Origin: an uncultured Ardenticatenaceae bacterium
GTDB lineage: Bacteria; Chloroflexota; Anaerolineae; Promineifilales; Promineifilaceae
Length of the DNA: 27,878 nt
Direction: 5' to 3'
NCBI GenBank assembly: GCA_964600035.1
Contig: CAZRIB010000005.1
Coordinates: 1-27,878, forward strand
Shown here: one piece after another, positions 1-8,701 of the stretch
Position numbering within the stretch: the first letter of the stretch is position 1
How the letters are laid out: each line of letters starts with the position of its first letter
Notes under the pieces: generated by a model
Databases searched by the model: none
What the model was told of the DNA's origin: nothing
What the model saw: the letters and a program-made list of their open reading frames with translations, nothing else
Translations under genes and position numbers: made by a program

Positions 1-49
1 TAATCTTTTAATCTTTAATCATCATTCATACCTTCATGGGAGCAGCACC

Positions 50-1585
50 GTGGCTCAAATAAGTCGTCGAGAATTTCTAAAATTATTGCCAGCCGTTCCA
101 CTTTTCAAAGTGACATGGCCATACCTGGTTACAGAGGCAGCAAAATATCAGCAAGACCCTAACAGCCCCAACATTCTCTTCCTTATCTTCGACACATTTT
201 CCGCCAAACATATTTCCATGTACGGCTACCAAAGGGAGACCACACCCCACCTGGCTGCATTGGCAGAGCGGGCAACCATCTTCCACAGCCACAGGGCAGC
301 GGCAAACTTCACCTCACCGGGGACATCCTCCATTTTGACCGGAACATACCCCTGGACGCACCGTGCCTTTCATTTGCACGGCCTTGTTAATGAGGCATAT
401 GCTGACAAAAACATCTTTAGTCTGCTGCCAGACCATTACCATAAAGCCGCCTACACCCACAATTTGCTGGTTTTTTCCCTGCTGCACCAATTTCGCAGCC
501 ACGTAGATGATTTGCATAAAACCCGGGAACTGTGTTTGTCTGACACGCAGTTTGCCGACCGCCTTTTCTTTAATGATTACAGCCCGGCATTTTGGGGTGA
601 ATGGCTGGCCCTGCGCGGCGGCGCAACACCGCCATCTTCTTTGTTCCTGTCTATGGTAGATCGGGGACGGCGTTTTTTGAATAAACACCAGATTGAAGCG
701 GAATATGCGGCAGATTACCCGCGCGGTATTCCCAATTTGCACAGCCTGTATTTCCGGCTGGAAGATGCGATTGACTGGATTGGTGAGCAGGCGGCAGGCT
801 TGCCACGGCCGTATTTTGGATACTTCCATCTGCTGCCACCTCATGAACCTTACACCACCCACCGCGACTACATTGATGTATTTGCCGATGGCTGGCAGCC
901 CGTTGAAAAAGAAAAGGGTTTTGTTGGCGAAGGTATTCCACAGGCAAAGCTAAACAAAGAGCGGCGGGCTTATGATGAGTATATTGCTTTTGTGGATGCT
1001 GAAATCGGCCGTTTGTTCGCTAAAATGGAAGCGGATGGCGTGTTGGATAACACCTATGTGGTGTTGACATCCGATCATGGTGAACTGTTTGAGCGCGGCA
1101 TTCGCGGCCATGTGACGCGGGCATTGTATGACCCGCTTTTGCATGTGCCGTTGATGATTGTGAAACCCGGTCAGCAAAAACGGGAGGATGTATTTAGCCA
1201 TACCAGTGCGGTTGATTTGCTGCCTACCTTTTTGCATGTAACCGGCCAGCCCGTTCCAGAGTGGGCAGAAGGGCAGATTTTGCCCACATTTACAGATGCC
1301 GCACCAGACGGTCAACGGCCGACTTTTTCACTTGAGGCAAAAAGTAATGCCAAACAAGGCCCGTTAACCAAAGCGACAGCCACGATGGTAAAGGATGATT
1401 ACAAGCTGATTTACTATTTTGGGTATCGGCCAGGGGAAGAGTTGTATGAGTTGTTTGATTTGAAAAATGACCCTGAGGAGTTGACGAATTTGGTTGATGT
1501 GAAAACGGCCGTATTCGCCGACATGCAGACCGAACTAAAACGTAAAATCGAAAGCGTCAACGAACCATTTGCGCACAAATCCTGA
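50..1585 (+). CDS. Tat-exported sulfatase-like hydrolase/transferase (alkaline phosphatase superfamily)
   Basis: N-terminal SRREFLK twin-arginine motif. It has the PNILFLIFDT metal-binding start, TSPGTSSILTG in place of CxPxRxxxLTG, HLLPPHEPY, VVLTSDHGE and LHVPLMI. GTG start preceded by GGAGCA (39-44). Confidence 0.85.
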   Translation: MAQISRREFLKLLPAVPLFKVTWPYLVTEAAKYQQDPNSPNILFLIFDTFSAKHISMYGYQRETTPHLAALAERATIFHSHRAAANFTSPGTSSILTGTYPWTHRAFHLHGLVNEAYADKNIFSLLPDHYHKAAYTHNLLVFSLLHQFRSHVDDLHKTRELCLSDTQFADRLFFNDYSPAFWGEWLALRGGATPPSSLFLSMVDRGRRFLNKHQIEAEYAADYPRGIPNLHSLYFRLEDAIDWIGEQAAGLPRPYFGYFHLLPPHEPYTTHRDYIDVFADGWQPVEKEKGFVGEGIPQAKLNKERRAYDEYIAFVDAEIGRLFAKMEADGVLDNTYVVLTSDHGELFERGIRGHVTRALYDPLLHVPLMIVKPGQQKREDVFSHTSAVDLLPTFLHVTGQPVPEWAEGQILPTFTDAAPDGQRPTFSLEAKSNAKQGPLTKATATMVKDDYKLIYYFGYRPGEELYELFDLKNDPEELTNLVDVKTAVFADMQTELKRKIESVNEPFAHKS

Positions 1586-1630
1586 AACCAACCTGAGTCA
1601 CCTGACACTTTTTTAACAACAAGGAATGGG

Positions 1631-1737
1631 ACACAGATTGACACAGATAAACTCCGTAATCCGTAATTCGTAATTCGTGTGCTCTACCTCTGGTAACTTC
1701 GTCGGAAAACGGTATACGGACTTCGGGTTACGGGTGC
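1631..1737. repeat. Intergenic tandem repeats: ACACAGAT x2, (C/T)CGTAAT x3.5, TACGG-type inverse units
   Basis: ACACAGATTG ACACAGATAA (1631-1650), CCGTAAT CCGTAAT TCGTAAT TCGT (1654-1678) and TACGGACTTCGGGTTACGGG (1715-1734). The last matches the reverse complement of 23404-23421 at 16/18 nt. Confidence 0.8.
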
Positions 1738-1771
1738 TAGATACCAACAAAACAAGAGGAAATTCGGTAAT

Positions 1772-2554
1772 ATGGTAGCCAATTTAAGAAACCTGTATCA
1801 CTATCGAGAAATGCTCGGCATGTGGATCTTCCGTGAGATTCGCGTGCGTTACAAACAATCCTTTTTAGGCGCGGCCTGGGCTATTTTGCAGCCATTGGTA
1901 CTCATGCTCATGTTTACCCTGGTTTTTTCAGTCATGGCGCGCTTCCCCACAGATGGCATTCCATACCCCATCTTTTCCTACACCGCCCTGCTGCCCTGGA
2001 CACTGTTTGCCACATCCGTCAGTTTTGGTGTGTCATCGCTCATCAACAACATGACGCTGGTGACAAAAACGTACTTCCCCAGGGAAGTGCTGCCGATGGG
2101 TGTCATTGGTGCGGCGCTGTTTGATTACCTGATCGCGTCGTCCATTTTCATTGCCATGCTCATCTATTACCAAATTCCGCTGACAATTCACTTTTTGTGG
2201 ATTCCTGTCTTTTTGGTGGTTCAAATTTTCTTGATGATGGGCATTATTTTACTGGGATCGGCCGTAACGGTGTTTTACCGTGATGTGCGTTTTGTGGTGC
2301 CGCTGCTGGTGCAGTTGTGGCTCTATGCCACGCCTATCATTTACCCGGTAACGCTTGTTCCAGAGGCGTATCGCACGTTGTATATGCTTAACCCGATGGC
2401 GGGCATTGTGGAATCTTACCGGCAGGTAATCTTGCGTGGGCAGCCGCCGAATGCGCTGGATTTGGGTCTGGCTGCGGCCGTTTCCGTTAGCCTGTTTGTG
2501 GTGAGTTACATCATTTTTAAGAAACTGGAAGTACGCTTTAACGACATCATATAA
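1772..2554 (+). CDS. wzm: ABC-2 type polysaccharide export permease (Wzm)
   Basis: REIRVRYKQSFLGAAWAILQPL, YATPIIYP and LNPMAGIVESYR motifs; about six TM segments; adjacent to Wzt. Confidence 0.93.
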   Translation: MVANLRNLYHYREMLGMWIFREIRVRYKQSFLGAAWAILQPLVLMLMFTLVFSVMARFPTDGIPYPIFSYTALLPWTLFATSVSFGVSSLINNMTLVTKTYFPREVLPMGVIGAALFDYLIASSIFIAMLIYYQIPLTIHFLWIPVFLVVQIFLMMGIILLGSAVTVFYRDVRFVVPLLVQLWLYATPIIYPVTLVPEAYRTLYMLNPMAGIVESYRQVILRGQPPNALDLGLAAAVSVSLFVVSYIIFKKLEVRFNDII

Positions 2555-2561
2555 AATGTGA

Positions 2562-2623
2562 CAGGTGGCAGGTGGCAGGTGGCAGGTGGCAAGGAACATG
2601 ACCTGCCACCTGCCACTTGCCAC
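2562..2623. repeat. Heptamer (CAGGTGG)n tandem repeat in inverted arrangement forming a 23-bp hairpin
   Basis: CAGGTGG x4 (2562-2589) followed by ACCTGCC ACCTGCC ACTTGCC AC (2601-2623). 2566-2588 pairs with 2601-2623 with one G:T, leaving a 12-nt loop. Confidence 0.92.
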
Positions 2624-2675
2624 GTACTTTGCTTTAATCGTTAATCATCAATCTTTGTTTTTGAAGGAATTATCT

Positions 2676-3953
2676 ATGAAACCTGCGGTACGATTTGAAA
2701 ATGTATCGAAGAAGTATGTCTTGGGAACCGGGCATTCCAGCCTGGGCGCATTAATTAAAACGCCGGTCAAACGGCTGTTGGGACGTCCTGTGCCGGAACC
2801 CCAGGTGTTGTGGGCGTTGAAAGATGCTTCGTTCGATATTGAACCGGGTAAGGCTTTGGGTTTGATTGGGCCAAATGGCTCTGGCAAGACGACTTCGCTG
2901 AAGCTGCTCTCTAAAATTACGTTTCCGACGTCGGGGCGCATTTCGGTAAACGGCCGTATCTCCGCACTCATCGAACTAGGGGCAGGCTTCCATCCAGACC
3001 TCACCGGGCGCGAAAACGTCTACCTCAACGCCACCATATTAGGCATGAAACGCCACGAAATTGATGCCCGTTTTGACCGCATCGTAGAATTTTCCGGGCT
3101 GGAGCGATTCATCGACACACCCGTCAAACGGTACTCATCCGGCATGTACGTGCGGCTGGGCTTTTCCGTAGCCGCCCATGTGGAGCCAGACATCTTGCTG
3201 GTAGATGAAGTATTGGCAGTTGGCGACGCCCAATTCCGCCAAAAGTGTGCCCGCCGCATTGAAGAGCTGCAAAAAAAGGGCACAACCATCGTATTTGTTG
3301 CCCACAACCTTTACCTGGTAAAAAGCGTGTGTGATGAAGCCGTCTTTTTGCTAAACGGACAAATTCAGGACAAAGGGCCGGTAGATGACGTAATTGGCAG
3401 CTATGAAAAGTACCTGCATGAGCTGCAAGCCCGTTCATTGGAAGAAGAAAAAGTAGACCCCTTGCGCAGCGACAGACAGCGCGGCGTGACCACAAATTTG
3501 AAGATAACCGGCATTGATGTGTTAAATGAGCAGGGTAAAAAGCCGGAACAGTTCCACCACGATGAACCTGTGGAAATCCGCATTCATTACCAGGCAAAAA
3601 AGAAGCTGGAAAAGCCAAATGTCATTTTGCGCATTCGCCGGGCAGATGGCACAACAGCGGCCATGATTCGCACAGCTGATTATGGGATGGCACTGGATCC
3701 ATTGGAAGATAACGGCACGATTTCTTTGAAAATTGACCCCATTCAGTTGGCGGGCGGGGCTTATCTGATTTCTGCTTCATTGCAGGGGCCGGTGGATGGT
3801 GTTGGATTGGCCTGGGCAGATTCTCGCTGGTTCCAGGTGTCGGGTGTGAGTGTGAGCTTTGAAGAAAGCGGCGGCGTTTTTGTGCCGAATTTGGCGGCTG
3901 CCAAAGTGATCCCCGGGAATGTGAATCCGCGGGGTGAAAGTGTGCGGGTATAA
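2676..3953 (+). CDS. wzt: Polysaccharide export ABC ATPase (Wzt) with C-terminal Wzt_C carbohydrate-binding extension
   Basis: Walker A GPNGSGKTT, signature YSSGMYVRLGF, Walker B ILLVDEVLAVGD, and a ~170-aa C-terminal extension. Start moved to ATG 2676 (after AAGGA) because the ORF-track extension from 2565 only translates an intergenic repeat hairpin. Confidence 0.93.
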   Translation: MKPAVRFENVSKKYVLGTGHSSLGALIKTPVKRLLGRPVPEPQVLWALKDASFDIEPGKALGLIGPNGSGKTTSLKLLSKITFPTSGRISVNGRISALIELGAGFHPDLTGRENVYLNATILGMKRHEIDARFDRIVEFSGLERFIDTPVKRYSSGMYVRLGFSVAAHVEPDILLVDEVLAVGDAQFRQKCARRIEELQKKGTTIVFVAHNLYLVKSVCDEAVFLLNGQIQDKGPVDDVIGSYEKYLHELQARSLEEEKVDPLRSDRQRGVTTNLKITGIDVLNEQGKKPEQFHHDEPVEIRIHYQAKKKLEKPNVILRIRRADGTTAAMIRTADYGMALDPLEDNGTISLKIDPIQLAGGAYLISASLQGPVDGVGLAWADSRWFQVSGVSVSFEESGGVFVPNLAAAKVIPGNVNPRGESVRV

Positions 3954-3959
3954 GGAGCA
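3954..3959 (+). promoter_or_regulatory. Recurrent Shine-Dalgarno variant GGAGCA
   Basis: GGAGCA lies 3-5 nt before the starts at 50 (GTG), 3965 (TTG), 13562 (TTG), 22111 (ATG) and 27241 (ATG), at positions 39, 3954, 13552, 22101 and 27232. Confidence 0.65.
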
Positions 3960-3964
3960 GGCAT

Positions 3965-5659
3965 TTGGCTAACCGGAAAAAGACGTTGTTGGTTGGATTG
4001 GATGCGGCGTGCTGGTCTTTTGTACGGCCGTTACTGGACGCTGGCAAAATGCCCGCCCTTTCTCGTTTAATGGCTGGCGGCACAGCCGGAACGCTGGACT
4101 CTACCATGCCAGCCCTGACACCGGCGGCGTGGTCGTCCATTATTACCGGCAAAAATCCGGGGAAACACGCCATCTTTGACATGACGCGCCGCCGTCCGCA
4201 CAGCTATGAGAGTATGCCGGTAAACGGCCGTATGCGGTTAGGCACACCATTTTGGAAACGGCTCAATGAGGCAGGCCTTCGCGTGGGGCTGGTCAACATT
4301 CCCTTTACCTACCCGCCGGATGAGGTGGCAGGCTTTGTGGTTCCCGGCTTTGGCGCACCGGGGTCTGTGTCCAATTTGGTGTACCCGCGTGAAGCACTGG
4401 CCGATATTGAAGAAAAGTACGGCCGTTACGAACCTGTGGTGTCACCGGAGCTGTTAAGAAGCGGCCGTTACCAGGACATTTACGAAGCCGAAGCCCACCA
4501 TCAGGCCAACCAGGTTGCCATTGCCATTGACCTGGCCGCCAAATACGATGTGGACGTGCTGGCCATCAACCTGATGCTGCTGGACCACATGAACCACAAA
4601 ATGCCCGACATAGAGCGGGTAGAAGCGGCCATTTTGCAGTTGGACAAAGATTTGCAGGCTTTGCTGGATGGCTTTGTGCCGGATAACGTGATGGTCATTT
4701 CTGACCACGGCACGCGGCGGGTAAAAGGGGACTTTTTGCTGCACGTTTGGCTGCGGGACAATGGCTATTCTGTGCAAAAGAAACGCCTGCCGACGGAAAA
4801 AGCGGCCATTGTGAACTGGATTTTTGTGCAGTGGCTGCAGCGTCACCGGGGCTGGTCTGGTTTTGGTGAAAAGGCTGCCCGCTTTTTGCTGCGAAAAATG
4901 GTGGCGGCACTGCCTGCGGGCTGGCTGAAGGGATTTTGGGCGCGGGTAGAGCGGGATATTCCCGGCGCGCAGGTGTATGCCGAATTTAGTGAGGAACTGG
5001 ATTATGAAAAGACGCGGGTTTATCCCGGCGCATCATATTCCAGTGTGTTGTACTTTAATGTGAAAGGGCGCGAGCCGCAGGGTGTGGTTGATCCGGCAGA
5101 GGTGGCGGCGCTGGCGGCGGAGATTCGGCAGAAGTTGACGGCCGTTACCGACCCGGACAGCGGCGAACCCTTGTTTACGGCCGTATACACCGCCGACGAG
5201 CTTTACACAGGTGCGGCCAAAGTCATTGCGCCAGACATCATCATAGACAGCTACGCCGCAAAGTGGAACATTCTCTCCACTTTTCGGCGGGGGGCGCACG
5301 CCGAAGCGCTGCGAGACCGGTATTTTGCCAACAATTTCAAGGATTTTGGGCATCACAGCCGCGATGGCATTTTTGTGTTTGCCGGGGAAGCTTTTCGCAG
5401 TGACGGTTCTTTTGGCACGGCGGGGTCTGTGATGGATGTGCCGGCGACGCTGCTGCATTTGTGTGGTGTGCCTGTGCCGAATGATTGGGACGGCCGTTCC
5501 CTGACTGAGACGTTTAATCCGGCTTTTCTGGCTGCCCATCCTTTGACTTGCCAGCCCGGTGATGCGGAAACGGCCGTGACGTTTGATGATGGGCTGTACA
5601 GTGATGAGGAAAATGACGAGATTTTTAGCCACTTGCGGGCATTGGGTTACGTGGACTAG
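3965..5659 (+). CDS. Alkaline phosphatase family protein (type I phosphodiesterase/nucleotide pyrophosphatase-like)
   Basis: LLVGLDAA, STMPALTPAAWSSIITGKNPGKHAIFD, VMVISDHG, GHHSRDGIF and C-terminal LRALGYVD. TTG start after GGAGCA (3954-3959). Confidence 0.85.
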   Translation: MANRKKTLLVGLDAACWSFVRPLLDAGKMPALSRLMAGGTAGTLDSTMPALTPAAWSSIITGKNPGKHAIFDMTRRRPHSYESMPVNGRMRLGTPFWKRLNEAGLRVGLVNIPFTYPPDEVAGFVVPGFGAPGSVSNLVYPREALADIEEKYGRYEPVVSPELLRSGRYQDIYEAEAHHQANQVAIAIDLAAKYDVDVLAINLMLLDHMNHKMPDIERVEAAILQLDKDLQALLDGFVPDNVMVISDHGTRRVKGDFLLHVWLRDNGYSVQKKRLPTEKAAIVNWIFVQWLQRHRGWSGFGEKAARFLLRKMVAALPAGWLKGFWARVERDIPGAQVYAEFSEELDYEKTRVYPGASYSSVLYFNVKGREPQGVVDPAEVAALAAEIRQKLTAVTDPDSGEPLFTAVYTADELYTGAAKVIAPDIIIDSYAAKWNILSTFRRGAHAEALRDRYFANNFKDFGHHSRDGIFVFAGEAFRSDGSFGTAGSVMDVPATLLHLCGVPVPNDWDGRSLTETFNPAFLAAHPLTCQPGDAETAVTFDDGLYSDEENDEIFSHLRALGYVD

Positions 5660-5665
5660 AACAAA

Positions 5666-6964
5666 ATGGTAACAAAGACAATGGCGGTACAACAGAAAAC
5701 GGCCGTTTCTCCCAAGGCGCTAAAAGTGGCATATGTTATGCAAAACGTCGGCGTCGATCTGGCGTCTGATTTGGGGCAGGTGATTCTTATTCGCCATACG
5801 GTGCAGGAGTTGATGGCACGCGGCCATGATGTGGATGTAATTACGCTGAACGGCCGTGATGTGTTGGGCATTGATGACATTCACTATCCCAAAGAAACAT
5901 GGCAGGCTAAACAAGGTGTTGCCGGGACACGGCCGTTTCGTTGGTTAGAAAGTGCCATTCGCCGCTTGCAGCGCGAAACAAAATTTCCCTATCTGGCCTT
6001 GTTCGACTCCTTCCGCTTTTACCAGGCCACCCGCCGAGCTTTGGCACACTATGACATTTGCCACGAATACGCCGGGCTGCTGAGCGTTGGGGCGGCCTAT
6101 GCCTGCAAAAAATCAGGCAAGCCCTACGTCATCACCGCCGATGCGGACTTACTGTTGGAACACGCCGTTGCCGGTGAGCCGCTGCATGGTATTCAACAAA
6201 AAATGGCGCGTTGGGCGGCCAAAACCAATTACCGGCTGGCCGACAAAATTATTTGTGTCTCTGAACCAGCGCGGAAAAGTCTGGTGAATCATTGGGATGT
6301 AGACCCGGCCAAAATTGAGGTGATTCCCAATGGGGTTGATGTAGCATTGTTTAGCCAGCCAGTGGATAAAACGGCCGTTCGCCGCCAGTGGCACATTGCC
6401 CCAAACGTCCCCGTCATCATGTTTGTGGGCGGATTTCAGCCCTGGCATGGCATTGATGTGCTGGTCAACAGCTTCGCCGACCTGCTGGTTTCCTTTCCGG
6501 ATGCACAACTGCTGCTGGTTGGCGATGGCCCCGCACGCGAAAATATTGAAGCTCTGGTACAATCCCGGCAGTTAAGCAGCAACGTCCACATGACTGGCCG
6601 CATCCCCCACGCTTACATTCCGTCCCTGCTTGCCATCGCTGATGTCGTCACCATTCCCTACCCCCGGCTGCCCAGAGAACTGTGGTTTTCGCCGCTTAAA
6701 CTGTATGAATACATGGCCGCCGGCAAGGCCATTGTGGCTTCACGTGCCGGGCAAATTGGAGAGGTGTTGGTAGACCGGCAAAATGGGTTGTTGGTAGAAC
6801 CGGGCGATGAAGATGCCTTGACGGAAGCAATTGTTACGCTGCTCCGCCATCCTGAACTGCGTGCCAAATTGGGTTTGCGGGCACAGCAGCAGGCTAAAAC
6901 GGAGCATTCCTGGGGCCGTCAGGTGGAGCGTCTGGAAGCGGTGTATTGGGAGATTGTCGGTTGA
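5666..6964 (+). CDS. Glycosyltransferase family 4 (GT-B)
   Basis: VIPNGVD, MFVGGFQPWHGI and FSPLKLYEYMAAGKAIVAS motifs. Confidence 0.92.
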   Translation: MVTKTMAVQQKTAVSPKALKVAYVMQNVGVDLASDLGQVILIRHTVQELMARGHDVDVITLNGRDVLGIDDIHYPKETWQAKQGVAGTRPFRWLESAIRRLQRETKFPYLALFDSFRFYQATRRALAHYDICHEYAGLLSVGAAYACKKSGKPYVITADADLLLEHAVAGEPLHGIQQKMARWAAKTNYRLADKIICVSEPARKSLVNHWDVDPAKIEVIPNGVDVALFSQPVDKTAVRRQWHIAPNVPVIMFVGGFQPWHGIDVLVNSFADLLVSFPDAQLLLVGDGPARENIEALVQSRQLSSNVHMTGRIPHAYIPSLLAIADVVTIPYPRLPRELWFSPLKLYEYMAAGKAIVASRAGQIGEVLVDRQNGLLVEPGDEDALTEAIVTLLRHPELRAKLGLRAQQQAKTEHSWGRQVERLEAVYWEIVG

Positions 6965-7090
6965 AGAGTGAGGATTGAAGATTAAAGATTGAGGATTAAA
7001 GATTAAAAGATTGGAGATTGGGGATTGGGGATGTCTTTAATCGTTAATCATCAATCATCATTCATTAATCATCATTCATTATTCATTATT
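6962..7090. repeat. Heptamer GATTRRR tandem array followed by a T(T/C)A(A/T)TC(A/G) array (STRR-like)
   Basis: GATTGAA GATTAAA GATTGAG GATTAAA GATTAAA..GATTGGA GATTGGG GATTGGG, then TTAATCG TTAATCA TCAATCA TCATTCA TTAATCA TCATTCA TTATTCA. Confidence 0.9.
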
Positions 7091-7107
7091 TACTGGAAAA
7101 GTGTGTC

Positions 7108-8457
7108 TTGTCCGTTCCTGTCATGTCTGAAATTGAAAACGGCCGTTTTTTGTGGCTGGCGCGGCTGTTGCAGTGGTGTACCACGCGCAATGTGCTGCTG
7201 GTGATGACGGGGCTGCAGTTGTTGTGGGTTTGGGCAATTTGGTGGACTGGCGCGACAACGGCCGTTTCCAAAATCATCGTCCTGACCATTTACACGCTCA
7301 TTGCCGGGCTGGCTGCCTGGCTGCTGCCCTTGCCAAAAGAGATTGTGTGGCAGGGATGGCTGGAAAACCACACCTGGCAGTTGGGGACGGCCGTATTGGT
7401 GATAACGGCCGTGTTTGGCATTTACTACGCCACAGCCCAGCGCGTCTGGACATTTGACGAAGAAGGCAGCATACAAGCCGCCCAACTGGTCGCCGAAGAA
7501 GGCATAGATGATTTGTTTGCCAATTATGGCAAGCGTCCCTGGCTGGGCAGGCAGCATCCGCCCCTCATGCCCATCATTTATGGCGGCGTGATGACGCTAT
7601 TTGGCACAAACCCGTTAACTGCCCGGCTAACAGCGCTGGCTTTTGCTTTGGGAACGCAGATGCTGATTTTTGCCATCGGCAGGCAGTTGTATGGTGTGCA
7701 TGTTGGGCTGGTGGGTATGGCGTTGTTTGCCACGTTTCCGTTGGTTTTGCGGCTGGGAACGGCCGCTATGGTGGAAATGCCGCTCACGTTCTTTTTTGCC
7801 CTGACGCTTTATTTTGCTTTGCTGTATCTGGAGCAGGGGCGTGTGGGCTGGCTGGTGGGCATGGCGGTAACGGCCGTTGTCGGGCTGCTGTCCAAGTACA
7901 CCATGGTGTTTGTCTTTCCGGTAATTTTTGGCTGGTTTGTGGTGTACGGCCGTACCCGGCAGGCATTAACCGTCTCTGCCATTTTGTCCGCATTGGGCGG
8001 GCTGGTCTTGCTGGCCTGGGTGCTGGCTGCCCGTTCATTGGGTGCGCTGGCCGGGCAGTTGTTTACCTTAAAGACGTATATTTTCATGCTGGCGACGAAC
8101 CCTTACGGCCGTCAACTACTCATCGAAACCTTCACCACCAGACTGCCATCTGCCTTTGGGCTGTACAACTTGCTTGTGGTCACAGTGGGCGGCCTGCTGC
8201 TGCTGGCAAAGCGGCAAAAACAGAATTGGCTGCTGCTCATCTGGATAGCAGGCATTTGGCTGCCCGTTTCATTGACACTGCCGGATCATCGTTACTATTT
8301 GGCTTCATTTCCGGCTGTTGCTTTAGCAGGGGCGGCGGCCATGTGGCACTTTCCAGCCCATTTGCCCCGGCTGATGCTGGCAGCAGTATTGCAGGCTGGT
8401 GGGTCATTTTACCTGTTTGTCGATTGGGCAAGAGCGGCAGGTCTGTTTGTGAATTGA
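7108..8457 (+). CDS. ArnT/PMT (GT39/GT83-like, GT-C) membrane glycosyltransferase
   Basis: Polytopic membrane protein with acidic luminal motif TFDEE, QHPPL, MVEMPLTFF, LLSKYT and DHRYYL. Start could be TTG 7108 or ATG 7123. Confidence 0.78.
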   Translation: MSVPVMSEIENGRFLWLARLLQWCTTRNVLLVMTGLQLLWVWAIWWTGATTAVSKIIVLTIYTLIAGLAAWLLPLPKEIVWQGWLENHTWQLGTAVLVITAVFGIYYATAQRVWTFDEEGSIQAAQLVAEEGIDDLFANYGKRPWLGRQHPPLMPIIYGGVMTLFGTNPLTARLTALAFALGTQMLIFAIGRQLYGVHVGLVGMALFATFPLVLRLGTAAMVEMPLTFFFALTLYFALLYLEQGRVGWLVGMAVTAVVGLLSKYTMVFVFPVIFGWFVVYGRTRQALTVSAILSALGGLVLLAWVLAARSLGALAGQLFTLKTYIFMLATNPYGRQLLIETFTTRLPSAFGLYNLLVVTVGGLLLLAKRQKQNWLLLIWIAGIWLPVSLTLPDHRYYLASFPAVALAGAAAMWHFPAHLPRLMLAAVLQAGGSFYLFVDWARAAGLFVN

Positions 8458-8575
8458 TTATTGAGTCTGCCGAAAAAACCGCAAAGAGCACAAAGAAACG
8501 CCAGAGAAAAAATTTGTGAAATTCGTGAAATTCGTGGCTTTTTTCGGGGCAGTCATATTTGCACTTTTTAGTTTT

Positions 8576-8656
8576 GGACGCAGATTTTCAGGATTAACGC
8601 AGATTATCTTGCAATTATGTTGACACAATCCTGAGAATCAGCGTTAATCTGCGTCC
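8576..8656. repeat. 81-bp element with 11-bp perfect terminal inverted repeats (GGACGCAGATT)
   Basis: GGACGCAGATT at 8576-8586 and AATCTGCGTCC at 8646-8656. Internal blocks TCAGGATT/AATCCTGA and AACGC(A/T)GATT are also complementary. Confidence 0.75.
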
Positions 8657-8701
8657 CTTTTGCGCTTTTCTGAAATATGTGAATGCTTACCCAGTAACAA
8701 T

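Noticed and set aside
2565-2675. N-terminal extension of Wzt (MAGGRWQVARNMTCHLPLAT...)
   Set aside because: It is a translation of the heptamer hairpin; a better ATG with AAGGA lies at 2676.
6962-7090. Possible CRISPR array or degenerate CRISPR in the repeat-rich spacers
   Set aside because: The units are 7-10 nt and contiguous, with no 23-47-nt repeats separated by unique spacers and no cas genes.
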